Shown here piece after piece: positions 40,896 through 51,399 of a stretch of DNA of 64,000 nucleotides. The translations under genes were made by a program, and so were the position numbers. The stretch is taken from contig OZ286474.1 in assembly GCA_965644265.1 (NCBI GenBank), forward strand, positions 61,690,001-61,754,000, given 5' to 3'. The stretch comes from Glycera tridactyla (Eukaryota). Positions within the stretch are counted from its first letter, which is position 1. Every line of letters begins with the position of its first letter. The notes under the pieces are model-generated. The model was given only the letters and a program-made list of their open reading frames with translations, was not told the DNA's origin and made no database searches.

Positions 40896-41499
40896 CTTCT
40901 AGAGATCGAATATTGATGTGATTTCAAGTAACAAATATCCAGTCATACAGACTAGCAAGTTGGTTTCATCAGCAGTTAGGGATATGTTCATCAAATTAAT
41001 TTTGGTATCATACTCATGATATTATTCAAATATCACATTAACAGTGCATGCTGACTGGGATATCAAAGGCTGGCGATGTGTATGGATGTCTGGTTCCTGC
41101 ATATACATGATAGAACCACTGCTGTCTTTCACAGAGAGTGGATGTAGAGTAGGGAAGGCCCCCGGCAGCAGTGTCTCTTTTCTCCATTTTCAGTTTACTT
41201 CAGCTTTTCCAGATTTTCTGTCTGATATAAATCAAAGTGGTTGAAACGATGTTAAACTCAAACAAAAAACATGCACACAATGACTCTAGAAATAAGTATG
41301 GAAAGGATCATATGAGCATCGAATGAAATCGGACATATCTTGTTTATGAGGTATCAACTCTGGGCATGATATAGCAAAGACACATCCAACACATTATATA
41401 CCATTCTGTTTTCGGGACAATGATATCATCATGACACCAATAAAACATTATGTGGCTAATATCAATTTCATTCACCAAAACTGGGACTCATAAGGAAGA

Positions 41500-43070
41500 G
41501 TGTCATTAACAATGAATGACTCTGTATAAGTACTTGACCAAATCATTGCACCTATGAACTGCATGCCAACAGCAACCAGAAGGCCTACATCCCATCTAGC
41601 ATTCACATTTGATCAGTCTACTCCCTTGGAAGCAGGAGAAAGTCTCCATTCACCCTCCTTTCTCTGCCATTCCCACATCAAAGGGGCAGGGAGTACTATC
41701 TGTGTTGCCAGTAGCCATCCTCAAACATGGCCACTCTAATAAATGGCTCATCTTGCATGTACATGTACATGCAAAGCAGCCTTTGTTGGGAGCAAACTGC
41801 TTGAAGCTACCTTTTTCATATCAGCTTTTTGAATTTTACAGACATACAACAAAGCCACCAATCACTAGCAAGCTAAATGTTTTTCATTCTGTGCATCCAG
41901 ATTCGTGCTCTGGTCTCGTGAGGCAACTGCCACTTCTGGATACAGACTCCATACATCCCCTGCTATTTTTCTCTCTTCTGGCCTGACATCCAGATACAGT
42001 GTCATGTTGTCCAGTGGGTGAATGAAAAGCAGCTGGTAATGGTTTCAAAGGGCATTGAGAATTTCATGAGCTGCAATGTATCAGAATTCTTTTTCACTAC
42101 CATAAGCTAGCCAAAGTTCCTCAGCATTCAGTCCATCAAAATTACAAGGACCAACACATCAGTATCCACTGTCCTTATGGGAATTTTCTGAGTTCAGTAC
42201 AGGCAAGTGTGTAGATACATCACTTAAATTACAGGGATCTCTCATGATACCTCTTATTAGCGTGTCCTGAGAATAAGGTTGAAAGAATAAATGTCTGTTG
42301 ACATGTCAATATGAAGAACAGAAACTGTGTGGTCTGTCTTATGCCTAAATCTATGTGCTACAAGACAAAGTATCACTTAGAATTCGATTTACAGAACAAT
42401 AAATCTCAGCTGAGCAAGCATTCAAGCAACAACATTCTGCCCAAAATACATAATTCCATAGCTTGGATATTTCCAGATGAACTGGATGTATCAGTGAGTA
42501 ATGTTATGCCTGAGGGACAACCATTAATGATATGGCCATGGCTCTGTTAATTTTCAATAAACATCTCTGTTGAATTTAGAGATGATTTTATGGTTTTTGA
42601 ATCAGACGATTTGATGATCACTTGTATCAAATGAAAAATTGAATGGGTTCCCAAAAAGTTTCCTGAAATCCTTCCAATCATATATACTCAGTCTGTTGTT
42701 CATTTGATTCCAGAGTACTCGACAACTGATAGAAAAGGATGATTCATTCAAAAGATACACCCTGATCCTGGTATTTCACAAAATGGAATGATACCTGTTG
42801 TTGCCACCAAGTGATGCTATCAGTCACAGATATGCCTGGAAGGCTTCTACATCAAGAATGATTTGTAGGAGGGGATTAAAAGGGTGCTCAGGTGTACATC
42901 TGTTTGAGAGTTTGGCACTTAATTCCAAAGTGCATGAAGATGTCATTTTGGGGAGCACATCCACTGGGCTGAGGCTGTCTGTGTTCTGGGAAAAGTCTAT
43001 TCAGACCTCTAAACCTCTACCTTCGAAAACCCTATATCAAACACACATTTCAACCCACAATATTCAGTAC
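41500..43070 (-). pseudogene. Academ transposase C-terminal half (XPG/PIN-like nuclease + Cys-rich finger), many stops and frameshifts
   Basis: Minus-strand fragments IRTVDTDVLVL, ELWLAYG..F*YIAAHEI, FH..TG.DTVS, DVWSLYPEV, LPTKAAL, LPAP..WEW and LIKCEC*MGCRPSGCC match the DTDV/GCD XPG-like and Cys-finger motifs of Academ proteins. Confidence 0.75.
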
Positions 43071-43274
43071 TGATAGACTGGACGCACTGTTCATGTGACA
43101 TTTGAATGACATTAGGAGTATAATTACAAAATAAATGTAATGAACATATCCCTCAGATGCTCAAAAAATATCAGGTTTACCTCCCATAACCTCTCATGGA
43201 ACCTACTTGCAAGTCTATATGACCAGCTATTCATCATTTGAAATCACATCATTATTCAATCTCTAGAGGATGAC

Positions 43275-44448
43275 GGATAAATGTAGACCTCTTAAACCAT
43301 TATATGAATTATTTGAATGTCATCATTTTCATAGTGTTTTAGTTTCAAATATGAATGAGGATTCGATTGTGGCTATCTTTGGGCGATGACAGAGTTTTAT
43401 TGCAAAATTGTAAAATCTTACCAGAAATATCCTATAAAAAAAACACAGAATATTCTATGAGTCTTTTTCCAATCATTGTAGGTATCGTCTGTAATCTGAT
43501 CCTATAACCAGAGGGACAGTTTATGCAATTGCTGCAGAAATATACCAATTATTGAGATGCCTAAACTGTCCGGATCCATGAAAAGCCTGCAAAACGCCAC
43601 CTAGTGGCAAAAATTGTCAATATAGGGATTTGCCAATAGTCTTTCTAATTTTTGTAAGGATTATCTGTAGTCTGGTCCTATAATCCAAGGGACAATTCAT
43701 GAAATTGCTGCAGAGATATCCCCATCATTGAGATGCCTATAATGTCTGGATTCATGAAAAGCCTGTAGAACGCCACCTAGTGGCAGAAATTGTCAATATA
43801 GGGATTTGCCAAGAGTCTCTCTAATTGTTGTAAGGATTGTCTGTAGTCTGGTCCAAGGGACAATTCATGCAATTGCTGCAGAGATATCCCCATCATTGAG
43901 ATGCCTATAATGTCTGGATTCATGAAAAGCCTGCAAAATGCCACCTAGTGGCAGATTTAATCAATATAGGGATTCATCAAGAGTATAGATAATCATTGTA
44001 GCGATTGTCTGTCATCTGGTCCTATAACCCAAGAGATAATTCATGCAATTGCTGCAGAGATATACCCATATTGAGATGCCTATACTGCCTGGATCCATGA
44101 AAAGCCTTCAAAATGCCACCTAGTGGCAGAAATTGTCAATATAGGGATTTACCAAGAGTATTCCTAATTATCGTAGTGATTGTCTGTAGTCTGGTCTAAG
44201 AGCCCAAGACACAGTTTATGCAATTGCTGCAGAGATATACCCATTTTTGAGATGCCTATACTGTCTGGATTCACGAAAAGCCTGCAAAACGCCACCTAGT
44301 GGCAGAAATCATCAATATAGGGATTTGCCAGCGTGGTTCTATATCCAAAATGATTCAGTTATGGTTATGTGAACAAGTGTGCCAAGTTTGGTACTTGTTT
44401 CCAAAAGTGCACAAACATGCACTTTTTTGGGGCTTATCCACTGGACTA
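43275..44448 (-). repeat. Right TIR of Academ, containing 5 x ~175-bp subrepeats
   Basis: (C/T)GCCACCTAGTGG at 43595, 43771, 43939, 44114 and 44290. Confidence 0.9.
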
Positions 44449-46051
44449 TAATATGTTATCGTCTTGCTTCACTTTTTGACAACTCACTGTCATATATTCC
44501 ATCAACTAGTTAGTCAGTGCCCCCAGAAGGTAGCATTCATTTGGATTTCGCATTAATTTTCTCATGATTGATGCTCGTGTTGGGTTCAAGTCTTGATGCG
44601 TAAATACCTGATGCGCGGATGATGTAGATTCGGTATCACTCATGATGGAGCACCACATCCATCACCTCCTCACTTACTAACATTCTGTTGTCATGGTAGT
44701 CATCCATGTCTATGACGTTCCAAAAGCCCTCTGGCAGGTCAAGTCGTGTCACATGTATGCAACATCATGTGACTTTTGATGTTTGTCTACGGGTTGGTGA
44801 GAGGGGTAAAGGGGACGTCCACGACTCATCGTTGACCACTGCACTGATCTCCTAATATACGGATTGTACCTGGAGAATCCGCTCACATGCCGTCCTGGCT
44901 GTTTGACGTATCTCATTACGATACAACGCCGTCGTTTTTATATGTTGATGTTTTTCTGTTCTACTTATTATGTGTTCTTGAACTTTTCCGAGTTTCTTCA
45001 TCTTCGAAGGTTATCCAGAAGATGACAAACGCCCGGAATCCAGATCGCAATTTTCATCATATTCGCGTGCATGATACGATGAAAAGGGGAGAAAAGGTCG
45101 CAGCCCAACCAAAATCTACTTTGTGTCTTCTGTATATCTTAGAAATAAGAAACCCTAAAATCATGTCATCCCAGTGATTATTTTCTATCTAGTATGATGG
45201 AATGAACGTGGACAATTTAAGATTGGCCGTTTCTGATTTTATATGATTCTGAAATGAATGTTCCTATCGGAATCATGATCTAAATGTGAGCGAATAGATC
45301 ATTCTCGATTGTAGATGCCGTCCCTTCCCTCGTATACAATGGAAACTGCCTGATGGATATGATCATATATTAGATAAACAGCAGCAGAGTGCATGTCTCT
45401 AGCAGCCACTCTAATCAGCACCCAATTAGACATGTCATAAAATAATTAATGAGCAGGTGTTGGGTATTGAAGATTAGACAAGATGTGTATGTGTGATGAC
45501 ATCACCTGTGATGACGTGGCCATGCTGACCTCAGTGCGCGCATGAATCACCTGGGATGACGTGGACATACTGACGTGGAAGTGATGAAATACACCTGGTT
45601 AGCATCATGGTGTCGCGCATGCATGCTACTGTCGGTGGTATTTAGGTTCTATAATGGCTGTGCTATGGATGATTGAGCATGATGATTTGACAGTTCTGTA
45701 CTGAATGCAGCTATTGCCTTCACCTGACTTGAGTTGAACAGGTGGTTTTATCATTGAATGTAAGACACATCATTCCATTGTTGCAGGAGCTTGCACTCAT
45801 TGGTAACGGTACAGGTATTTGTGGGATAGGAGAAGCATTCATTCGTGGTTGGGTTACCGGTTCACATGATTCATTTGCTTTGGAAGTAAGACTCCAACAG
45901 AATAAATCTTCATCATTTTTTTTTTAATTTCTACAGTTTTGATTACAATGATATAAAGTTGTACACAAATTTCAACTCATACCGCGTGACAGAATCTTCA
46001 TCATTGGCTGAGATTTGACATACATAAGCACAGTTGCACACATTCCATCTA

Positions 46052-46849
46052 TCAATAGTTTTCCATTTCTACTTCACGGGTCAATTCTACATATTTCCAA
46101 TGAGTATTCCATGAATCTTCAGCAAGGTATCGCTCATCATCATTTGAATATTTCCCTTCAACCATTCCCAGTGCACTCTCGCTTCCAAAGCAGTTATTAG
46201 CTATGGAAGATGCAACTTGGAATTCTTCCCACACCGAGATCGGTTTCATCATATTCAATCCACAGGTTCTACAGCATATATACTTCTTTTCAGGTTTACT
46301 ATATACATAATGTCCACATTTGCTACAAATCACAATGATAGAACCATTAATGCTCCATGCATACTTATTTACAGGTAAACATGCTACAAAACACACATCC
46401 CCTTTTTCATCAAATGCTGGCTGCACTTCGCAAATACCAGCATGAACAACTTCAATGCCGTCATCAGCGTCAGCCTCCATACACCTATCATATCCATCAT
46501 ACAAAAAGTGAAAAGCATCTACATTTTCTGCAGAGACCGAGTCATAATTACATTCCATCTCACCAGCTTCATTGATACAATCTTGTTCATATTCTGCAAC
46601 CGAATCGGTTGCTACAACAGTTTCACCTTCACTCATTGCTTCAGGAATATCTAGGAATGACTGACTTCCAAATACATCTAGTGCATTCCAACTCACAATA
46701 GGGGCAACCTGATTACACCTCACTTTCGGATTAGTTGATTCATCTCCGTTGGAAATATCTTGTGGATTAATACAGCAAAATATATTGAAAATGCTTCTCA
46801 ATTTTATCTTCAACACACATTTGTTTGGTAATTTTTTCTTAGACACCAT
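46052..46849 (-). CDS. Polinton accessory protein, acidic, with a CxxC-x12-CxxC zinc-ribbon-like motif
   Basis: 265-aa ORF overlapping the protease end; CSKC...CRTC. Confidence 0.6.
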   Translation of the reverse strand: MVSKKKLPNKCVLKIKLRSIFNIFCCINPQDISNGDESTNPKVRCNQVAPIVSWNALDVFGSQSFLDIPEAMSEGETVVATDSVAEYEQDCINEAGEMECNYDSVSAENVDAFHFLYDGYDRCMEADADDGIEVVHAGICEVQPAFDEKGDVCFVACLPVNKYAWSINGSIIVICSKCGHYVYSKPEKKYICCRTCGLNMMKPISVWEEFQVASSIANNCFGSESALGMVEGKYSNDDERYLAEDSWNTHWKYVELTREVEMENY

Positions 46850-47283
46850 CTATATTTCACCAGAAACTCGTTTTGTTGAAGGTTAAGTATGCTGAAATCT
46901 TTCACATATGTTTCAAAAGATACACCCATACATCTATTGTATGCAAAGTCCAAACAATATAATCCACATGTGTTTGTGTTCATTTGCTGTATCCTTTCAT
47001 TCAAGTAGCAATAAGTTTCACAGTTCCTTTTGATCAACGAGTTCAAGTAGTGATTAGGTATTCCGGCTAATGAATCAAAATATTCACAGTGCCCATTTCT
47101 TGGAAAATAAACGCAGATCCAGTGTGTTCCTCTCTCACTAGAAATACTAGTGTTCGCAATGAGAAATGATGGGAAATGCCGAATCACCAATTCTTGTGCA
47201 TCATCAGCAGCAAATACTCCCAAGAACTGATCCCGTGTTGCTACCTCTATAGATAATATCGAACTGAGCTCTAAGTTATTCAT
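46810..47283 (-). CDS. Adenain-like cysteine protease (virion maturation)
   Basis: GTHW (His), YFDS (Asp), IQ...TCGLYC (Gln, Cys), preceded by FLGVFAAD. Confidence 0.95.
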   Translation of the reverse strand: MNNLELSSILSIEVATRDQFLGVFAADDAQELVIRHFPSFLIANTSISSERGTHWICVYFPRNGHCEYFDSLAGIPNHYLNSLIKRNCETYCYLNERIQQMNTNTCGLYCLDFAYNRCMGVSFETYVKDFSILNLQQNEFLVKYRWCLRKNYQTNVC

Positions 47284-48554
47284 TTCATGACATTTCTTTT
47301 ATCATCTATCTTGATCATGCAAGGGCGTTTCCCGTAAATAACAACTGTTGCTGCTTTTGTTGTCGGGTTTTTCAGTTTGATTGTCAAACGTAAATGACCA
47401 GACAGCGGGACAGCTAGTGAATCATCTGAATTCAAATCACTTAACTGGAAACGATATAATGTAAAACCACCTTTATATGCTTGTTTGCTTAACCTAGCCT
47501 TTGGAAACATGCTTAGAAATCCGTCTAAATAAGAATCTTCCTCATAGTCCAATGAGATGGGACCAGGGAAAACGCTACGGCCGTTGAATGATAGGTCCAT
47601 TGAAATACAGTCCATGTGCTTGAAATTGAAAGGATTTTTAGTCAAGGATCCATTGAAGGCATCTGAGTCCACAATTCCCACAATAACCTCAGATGGAGTT
47701 TCACTATTGAATAGATTTTCATACACTTTCCCATATTCCCCACTCGGGATAACTTGTATTGATAGCATCGAATCATTAAATGCATATTCTGCTGGTTTTA
47801 ATTTCATTGCTTCAACATGTCCGAGTATCACAGCTGGATCCATCTTTACCATAACAACTTGGAGAATAGCATCAACAATTTTCAACTTGTAATCATTTGT
47901 CATATCATCAGATGATAAAACAAACTCTGAGCGTGAGGGTTGAAGCCTTAACCTGATAGGAACATTATTCAGAAGTAGTTTAGGTTGGTTTGCAAAATCG
48001 CACCATAGTCTCCCGATCATCTGCACTGTTTTACTTTTTTTGAAACTGCTTGCTCTATAATTGTAACCCATATTCTTTTCTTCTCCACTCACTGCTGTAT
48101 TATCCACCTGACCCTCTGTATCCATCCAATAAATCTCTGGGGTTAACCAGTTCTCATCATAGTCCTTGTTCAACAGACTCTCAATATAGCACTTGTACGG
48201 CCAATAATTTCCAGTACTGGATGTGCTTATACCCTGAATCATGAGATCAACCTGAGAGAACATTGATTGTAATGTCAAATTACATGGACCAACATTTGCT
48301 TCATCAGCTATTACTGATTGAGTACTATCATCATTCACAATCTTTGCTCTCACCTTTAACTTTGAGTTTTTGAGATCAATGTAGTGATACGGTGAATTGT
48401 TTGGTACTTCAAAATCAATTGTTGATCCGTCAATAATTTGACTTATAGGGCGAAACTCAATCAATTGTTTTTCGAGGGTTCCTTTCTCTATAGGGAGCGA
48501 TTCAACCAATGATATGTTAGAGCTATGACATTCTTCTCTCGCTGTATCACTCAT
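47280..48554 (-). CDS. Major capsid protein (double jelly-roll, Polinton PY/hexon-like)
   Basis: 424 aa; EEC..NISL, IEFRPIS, IDFEV, YIDLKNSKL, LQSMFSQV, YPYKCYIE, NPFNF are characteristic of Polinton MCPs; located between the core protein and the protease. Confidence 0.9.
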   Translation of the reverse strand: MSDTAREECHSSNISLVESLPIEKGTLEKQLIEFRPISQIIDGSTIDFEVPNNSPYHYIDLKNSKLKVRAKIVNDDSTQSVIADEANVGPCNLTLQSMFSQVDLMIQGISTSSTGNYWPYKCYIESLLNKDYDENWLTPEIYWMDTEGQVDNTAVSGEEKNMGYNYRASSFKKSKTVQMIGRLWCDFANQPKLLLNNVPIRLRLQPSRSEFVLSSDDMTNDYKLKIVDAILQVVMVKMDPAVILGHVEAMKLKPAEYAFNDSMLSIQVIPSGEYGKVYENLFNSETPSEVIVGIVDSDAFNGSLTKNPFNFKHMDCISMDLSFNGRSVFPGPISLDYEEDSYLDGFLSMFPKARLSKQAYKGGFTLYRFQLSDLNSDDSLAVPLSGHLRLTIKLKNPTTKAATVVIYGKRPCMIKIDDKRNVMK

Positions 48555-48895
48555 TTTCGGGCTTTGTTTTCACGGCGCTTCCACACCCTTTTCCTACGCT
48601 TGCAGCTCCCAGACTTAGCTGACTTAGATCCACAAGGACTCTTGCGTTTGTGATTTGGATTGGATGTGCTAGCTTTATTTATAGACTGCTTCAATTGTGA
48701 TTCGGCAATATCTATTGCCTGCTGTGCAGGTGAGACTACTTTGATTGTCGGCGGTGTATCGCCGGAACCTTTCTGTACCATCACATATCGCCCCTTGCGA
48801 TGAGGTTTATTCCCAGCCATATGAATGAAATGTGTTCTCCATTTTTTCGGGTCAGGTGCTGCACTTAGTTCTGTTTCTTGAAGTGAAGTAAACAT
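48551..48895 (-). CDS. Small basic putative core (DNA-condensing) protein
   Basis: 114 aa, Lys/Arg-rich C-terminus, VQKGSG protease-site-like motif and VSPAQQA..AES.L motif seen in small Polinton ORFs. Confidence 0.65.
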   Translation of the reverse strand: MFTSLQETELSAAPDPKKWRTHFIHMAGNKPHRKGRYVMVQKGSGDTPPTIKVVSPAQQAIDIAESQLKQSINKASTSNPNHKRKSPCGSKSAKSGSCKRRKRVWKRRENKARK

Positions 48896-49302
48896 CGTGA
48901 TGGATTGTTCAACTCTGTGAAATAAGCAAGTGCACTCTCGTCTTTTATACTTATGCGAACACTGTCAATATACTTTCGGGTAACCGGGTGGTACAAGGGA
49001 TTATTCACATCAATCACTTGCATGCTCCCGCTTTTTTCTGACAAATTTACAATATTCAAAAGCGGGAGAAAGCGATCACGAACATAGCTCTCTTGAATGA
49101 AATCGCATACAAATAACAGACGTGTGAATTGCATGATTTTTGGGGAAACAACAGCTTGGAGTAGTGCACACTGCCATCCGTCCCCGACCAAATTCATAGA
49201 TGTTGGTAAAATGACAGTGTAATCATGCGGTTGATTGCTGGAATATGTCTCAATTGAATCCTTAGAGGTAAGGAAGAGAAAAAATTCGTCATGTTCATCC
49301 AT
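48865..49302 (-). CDS. Minor capsid protein (single jelly-roll, penton-like)
   Basis: FFLFLTSKDS...N..HDYTVILP...L.GDGWQCAL; CDFIQESYV...PLL; LYHPV; ISIKD; LHF. Confidence 0.88.
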   Translation of the reverse strand: MDEHDEFFLFLTSKDSIETYSSNQPHDYTVILPTSMNLVGDGWQCALLQAVVSPKIMQFTRLLFVCDFIQESYVRDRFLPLLNIVNLSEKSGSMQVIDVNNPLYHPVTRKYIDSVRISIKDESALAYFTELNNPSRCLLHFKKQN

Positions 49303-49339
49303 TGCCAGTCGAGTGAGTGAATTGGGTGTGGTGTTTTAT

Positions 49340-50440
49340 CTACTTATATTTAGCAAAGTCATTTTTATCGATCCAACTGTTATATGAATTCGACCATCCT
49401 TTCCATTTTACAAGATACTGCTTCTTCCCTCTATGCTTCCGCTGTTTGATCACTCTTTCTACATCATATTCAGTGGTTTCATCAATAGTTACTCTTTGTA
49501 GTTCAGCTGAATAAAAACTACCACCGATTGGATTGTTTTTCCAATCTTTGAGTTCGTATTGCGGTATATTCTGGTTGAACTTCAGTTTTGTGATAATGAA
49601 TAATTCTTGCGTCCATTTTTCATCATATTCTTTATCATATGGTTGCCTAATGGATGAAATCCTAACAATATCATCCACTTTATATTTATGTTTGATGTTA
49701 TTTTTTGGAAATGGAACCTTAGACTGGTCAGATTCATATAGTTTATTCCACAAATCAAAATTGTCAGTGCTTGTTACATCAGCTGGAGCTTTATCGATAG
49801 ATGAAAGTATAGTATTATTATAACTTTTAACTATATCTGGCAAAATATCTATCCAACGATTTGTCTTGTTGTTTCTCATGTATCCAACCAGTTTTGTCTT
49901 GATAGTTTTTATTGCACGCTCTGCTATGTTTGCTTTTTTATCTGATTGTGCAAAGAACTGATCAATATTTTGCTCTCTCAATACTGATGCCACTGTCTTG
50001 TTTTTAAACTCGCTACCAAGGTCTGAACGAATTTTTTCAGGTTTAACAGCTGTAGTGGAAAATATGTCTTCTAGCATGGAACTAACTTCCCCCGCTTTCA
50101 ATGTTTTCATTGCTCTTGCAAAAATGAACTTGCTGAATATATCAATACCGAGTATGAAATACTTTTTTCCGTCATTAGTTGATGCATACTTTGTCATATA
50201 TGCAGTATCGAAATCCCATTGATAGTTGGGATAAGGTGCGATTACTTTAGGACGTTTGTTCACTTTCTGACTTGCACGATGAAGTGTGTAATAATCCTGA
50301 GCTTCCAACCATTTTGTTATTTCTCCTCGATTAAATTTAGCTCCTCTTCTTGTAACATTTTTCCTAATTTTTCCAAGAGAGGAAAAACTTGCAGGTGTCA
50401 CTGGATTCAGCGAAACAGAATTTAAGGGAGTGTCTTCCAT
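49340..50440 (-). CDS. Retroviral-like DDE integrase with C-terminal chromodomain
   Basis: YTLH, WDFDTAYM (D), IDIFSK, IRSDLGSEF (D), IAERAIKTIK (E); chromodomain YDVERVI...YLVKWKGW...NSW. Confidence 0.96.
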   Translation of the reverse strand: MEDTPLNSVSLNPVTPASFSSLGKIRKNVTRRGAKFNRGEITKWLEAQDYYTLHRASQKVNKRPKVIAPYPNYQWDFDTAYMTKYASTNDGKKYFILGIDIFSKFIFARAMKTLKAGEVSSMLEDIFSTTAVKPEKIRSDLGSEFKNKTVASVLREQNIDQFFAQSDKKANIAERAIKTIKTKLVGYMRNNKTNRWIDILPDIVKSYNNTILSSIDKAPADVTSTDNFDLWNKLYESDQSKVPFPKNNIKHKYKVDDIVRISSIRQPYDKEYDEKWTQELFIITKLKFNQNIPQYELKDWKNNPIGGSFYSAELQRVTIDETTEYDVERVIKQRKHRGKKQYLVKWKGWSNSYNSWIDKNDFAKYK

Positions 50441-51042
50441 TTGAATACAGCACGCTGTTGTCCTGTCGTTTGCTCCTCAGGCTCTCTAGCATGACTGGTA
50501 GATTTATGAGGTACAAGTCTCCTTTTCTTCTTTGTGAACGGGGGAACACCTGGTGGTGGTGGCTGTGGTAGAGGTACTGCTGCACCTGCTAGGTTATTTG
50601 ATTGTAAACTCTCTGCAACGGTATCATTACTTCCTCCGCCTGACAATTGTAACACTTTCTGAATGACATCTGAATTCAACAGTCCATTCATGATTTCAAT
50701 AATGTTTGAATTAGGTACAGTGGAATCCCCAGCTAGTAGTTCCCCGTCCTTATTCCATTTCACGGTCTTTCTCAATATGCTCAATATCTGTTTCGCAGTC
50801 TCTATCATTGCAGCAGGTACTTTTTTCAAGATGTTGCCGTCACCAGTGTGTGTTTCTTCATCTGACACAAAATTTGCTTGCATATGTCTTTCCTTGTTAT
50901 CATCAATTGCACTATCTTTCTCTGTTTCAGTGATTGGTTGAATTTCTGCTGTATTCACAGGAGCATGGATACATTCCTTCAGTGATTGATATTCATCTGA
51001 AGGAAGTAAAACCATTTTCTTCACATAATCCATTCTATTCAT
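50422..51042 (-). CDS. Conserved Polinton protein (PZ-like)
   Basis: KKMVLLP N-terminus, AK.IL..L...KWNKDGEL...VPNSNI core, LSGGG protease-like site, terminal KW. Confidence 0.7.
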   Translation of the reverse strand: MNRMDYVKKMVLLPSDEYQSLKECIHAPVNTAEIQPITETEKDSAIDDNKERHMQANFVSDEETHTGDGNILKKVPAAMIETAKQILSILRKTVKWNKDGELLAGDSTVPNSNIIEIMNGLLNSDVIQKVLQLSGGGSNDTVAESLQSNNLAGAAVPLPQPPPPGVPPFTKKKRRLVPHKSTSHAREPEEQTTGQQRAVFKWKTLP

Positions 51043-51353
51043 ATCAGTGAAAGTATTATGTCCTTTGCAAACATCAGTGTATCATATACACTGCGGTAAT
51101 GTTTCGCAATGAGTTCACCTGATCTTTTCCCACTATATTTTACAATTTTTTCTAAGAGAGATCGTCTCCTTTTAATCTTCGCCTTCTGTACAGGTGTCAG
51201 TTCAATATCTCCGTCTAGGATATTATGCAGAATCTCTCTCACTGCCTGAATCTGCTCTCTATCTAATGTATCTAAAAGAGCATGCGCCTGTAGTGTTGAT
51301 GTGGTCAATAGCAATCTTAAAAAGGAAGGTGAATTCTCAAGTGACTCGCTCAT
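51039..51353 (-). CDS. Conserved small helical/basic Polinton protein (probable start MSESL at 51353)
   Basis: ALL...REQIQAVREI.HNIL.GDI.LT..QK.KIKRRR..L pattern is typical of a Polinton small ORF near the ATPase. The track ORF begins at a TTG (51488). Confidence 0.7.
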   Translation of the reverse strand: MSESLENSPSFLRLLLTTSTLQAHALLDTLDREQIQAVREILHNILDGDIELTPVQKAKIKRRRSLLEKIVKYSGKRSGELIAKHYRSVYDTLMFAKDIILSLI

Positions 51354-51399
51354 TTGTATAGATGTTTCCTGTTCTGTGGTCACAGCAAGAATGAGGAGA

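Larger units (their letters stand above)
39903..44448 (-). mobile_element. Academ (AcademX-type) DNA transposon, non-autonomous/decayed
   Basis: taa|TAGTCCAGTGGATAAGC ... GCTTATCCACTGGACTA|taa (3-bp TSD, TAG/CTA ends), ~1-kb TIRs and an internal XPG-like + Cys-rich relic. Confidence 0.85.

Noticed and set aside
44520-44800. Coding-looking minus-strand fragment (RLDLPEGFWNVIDMDDYHDNRMLVSEE)
   Set aside because: Short, interrupted by stops, not assignable to a family
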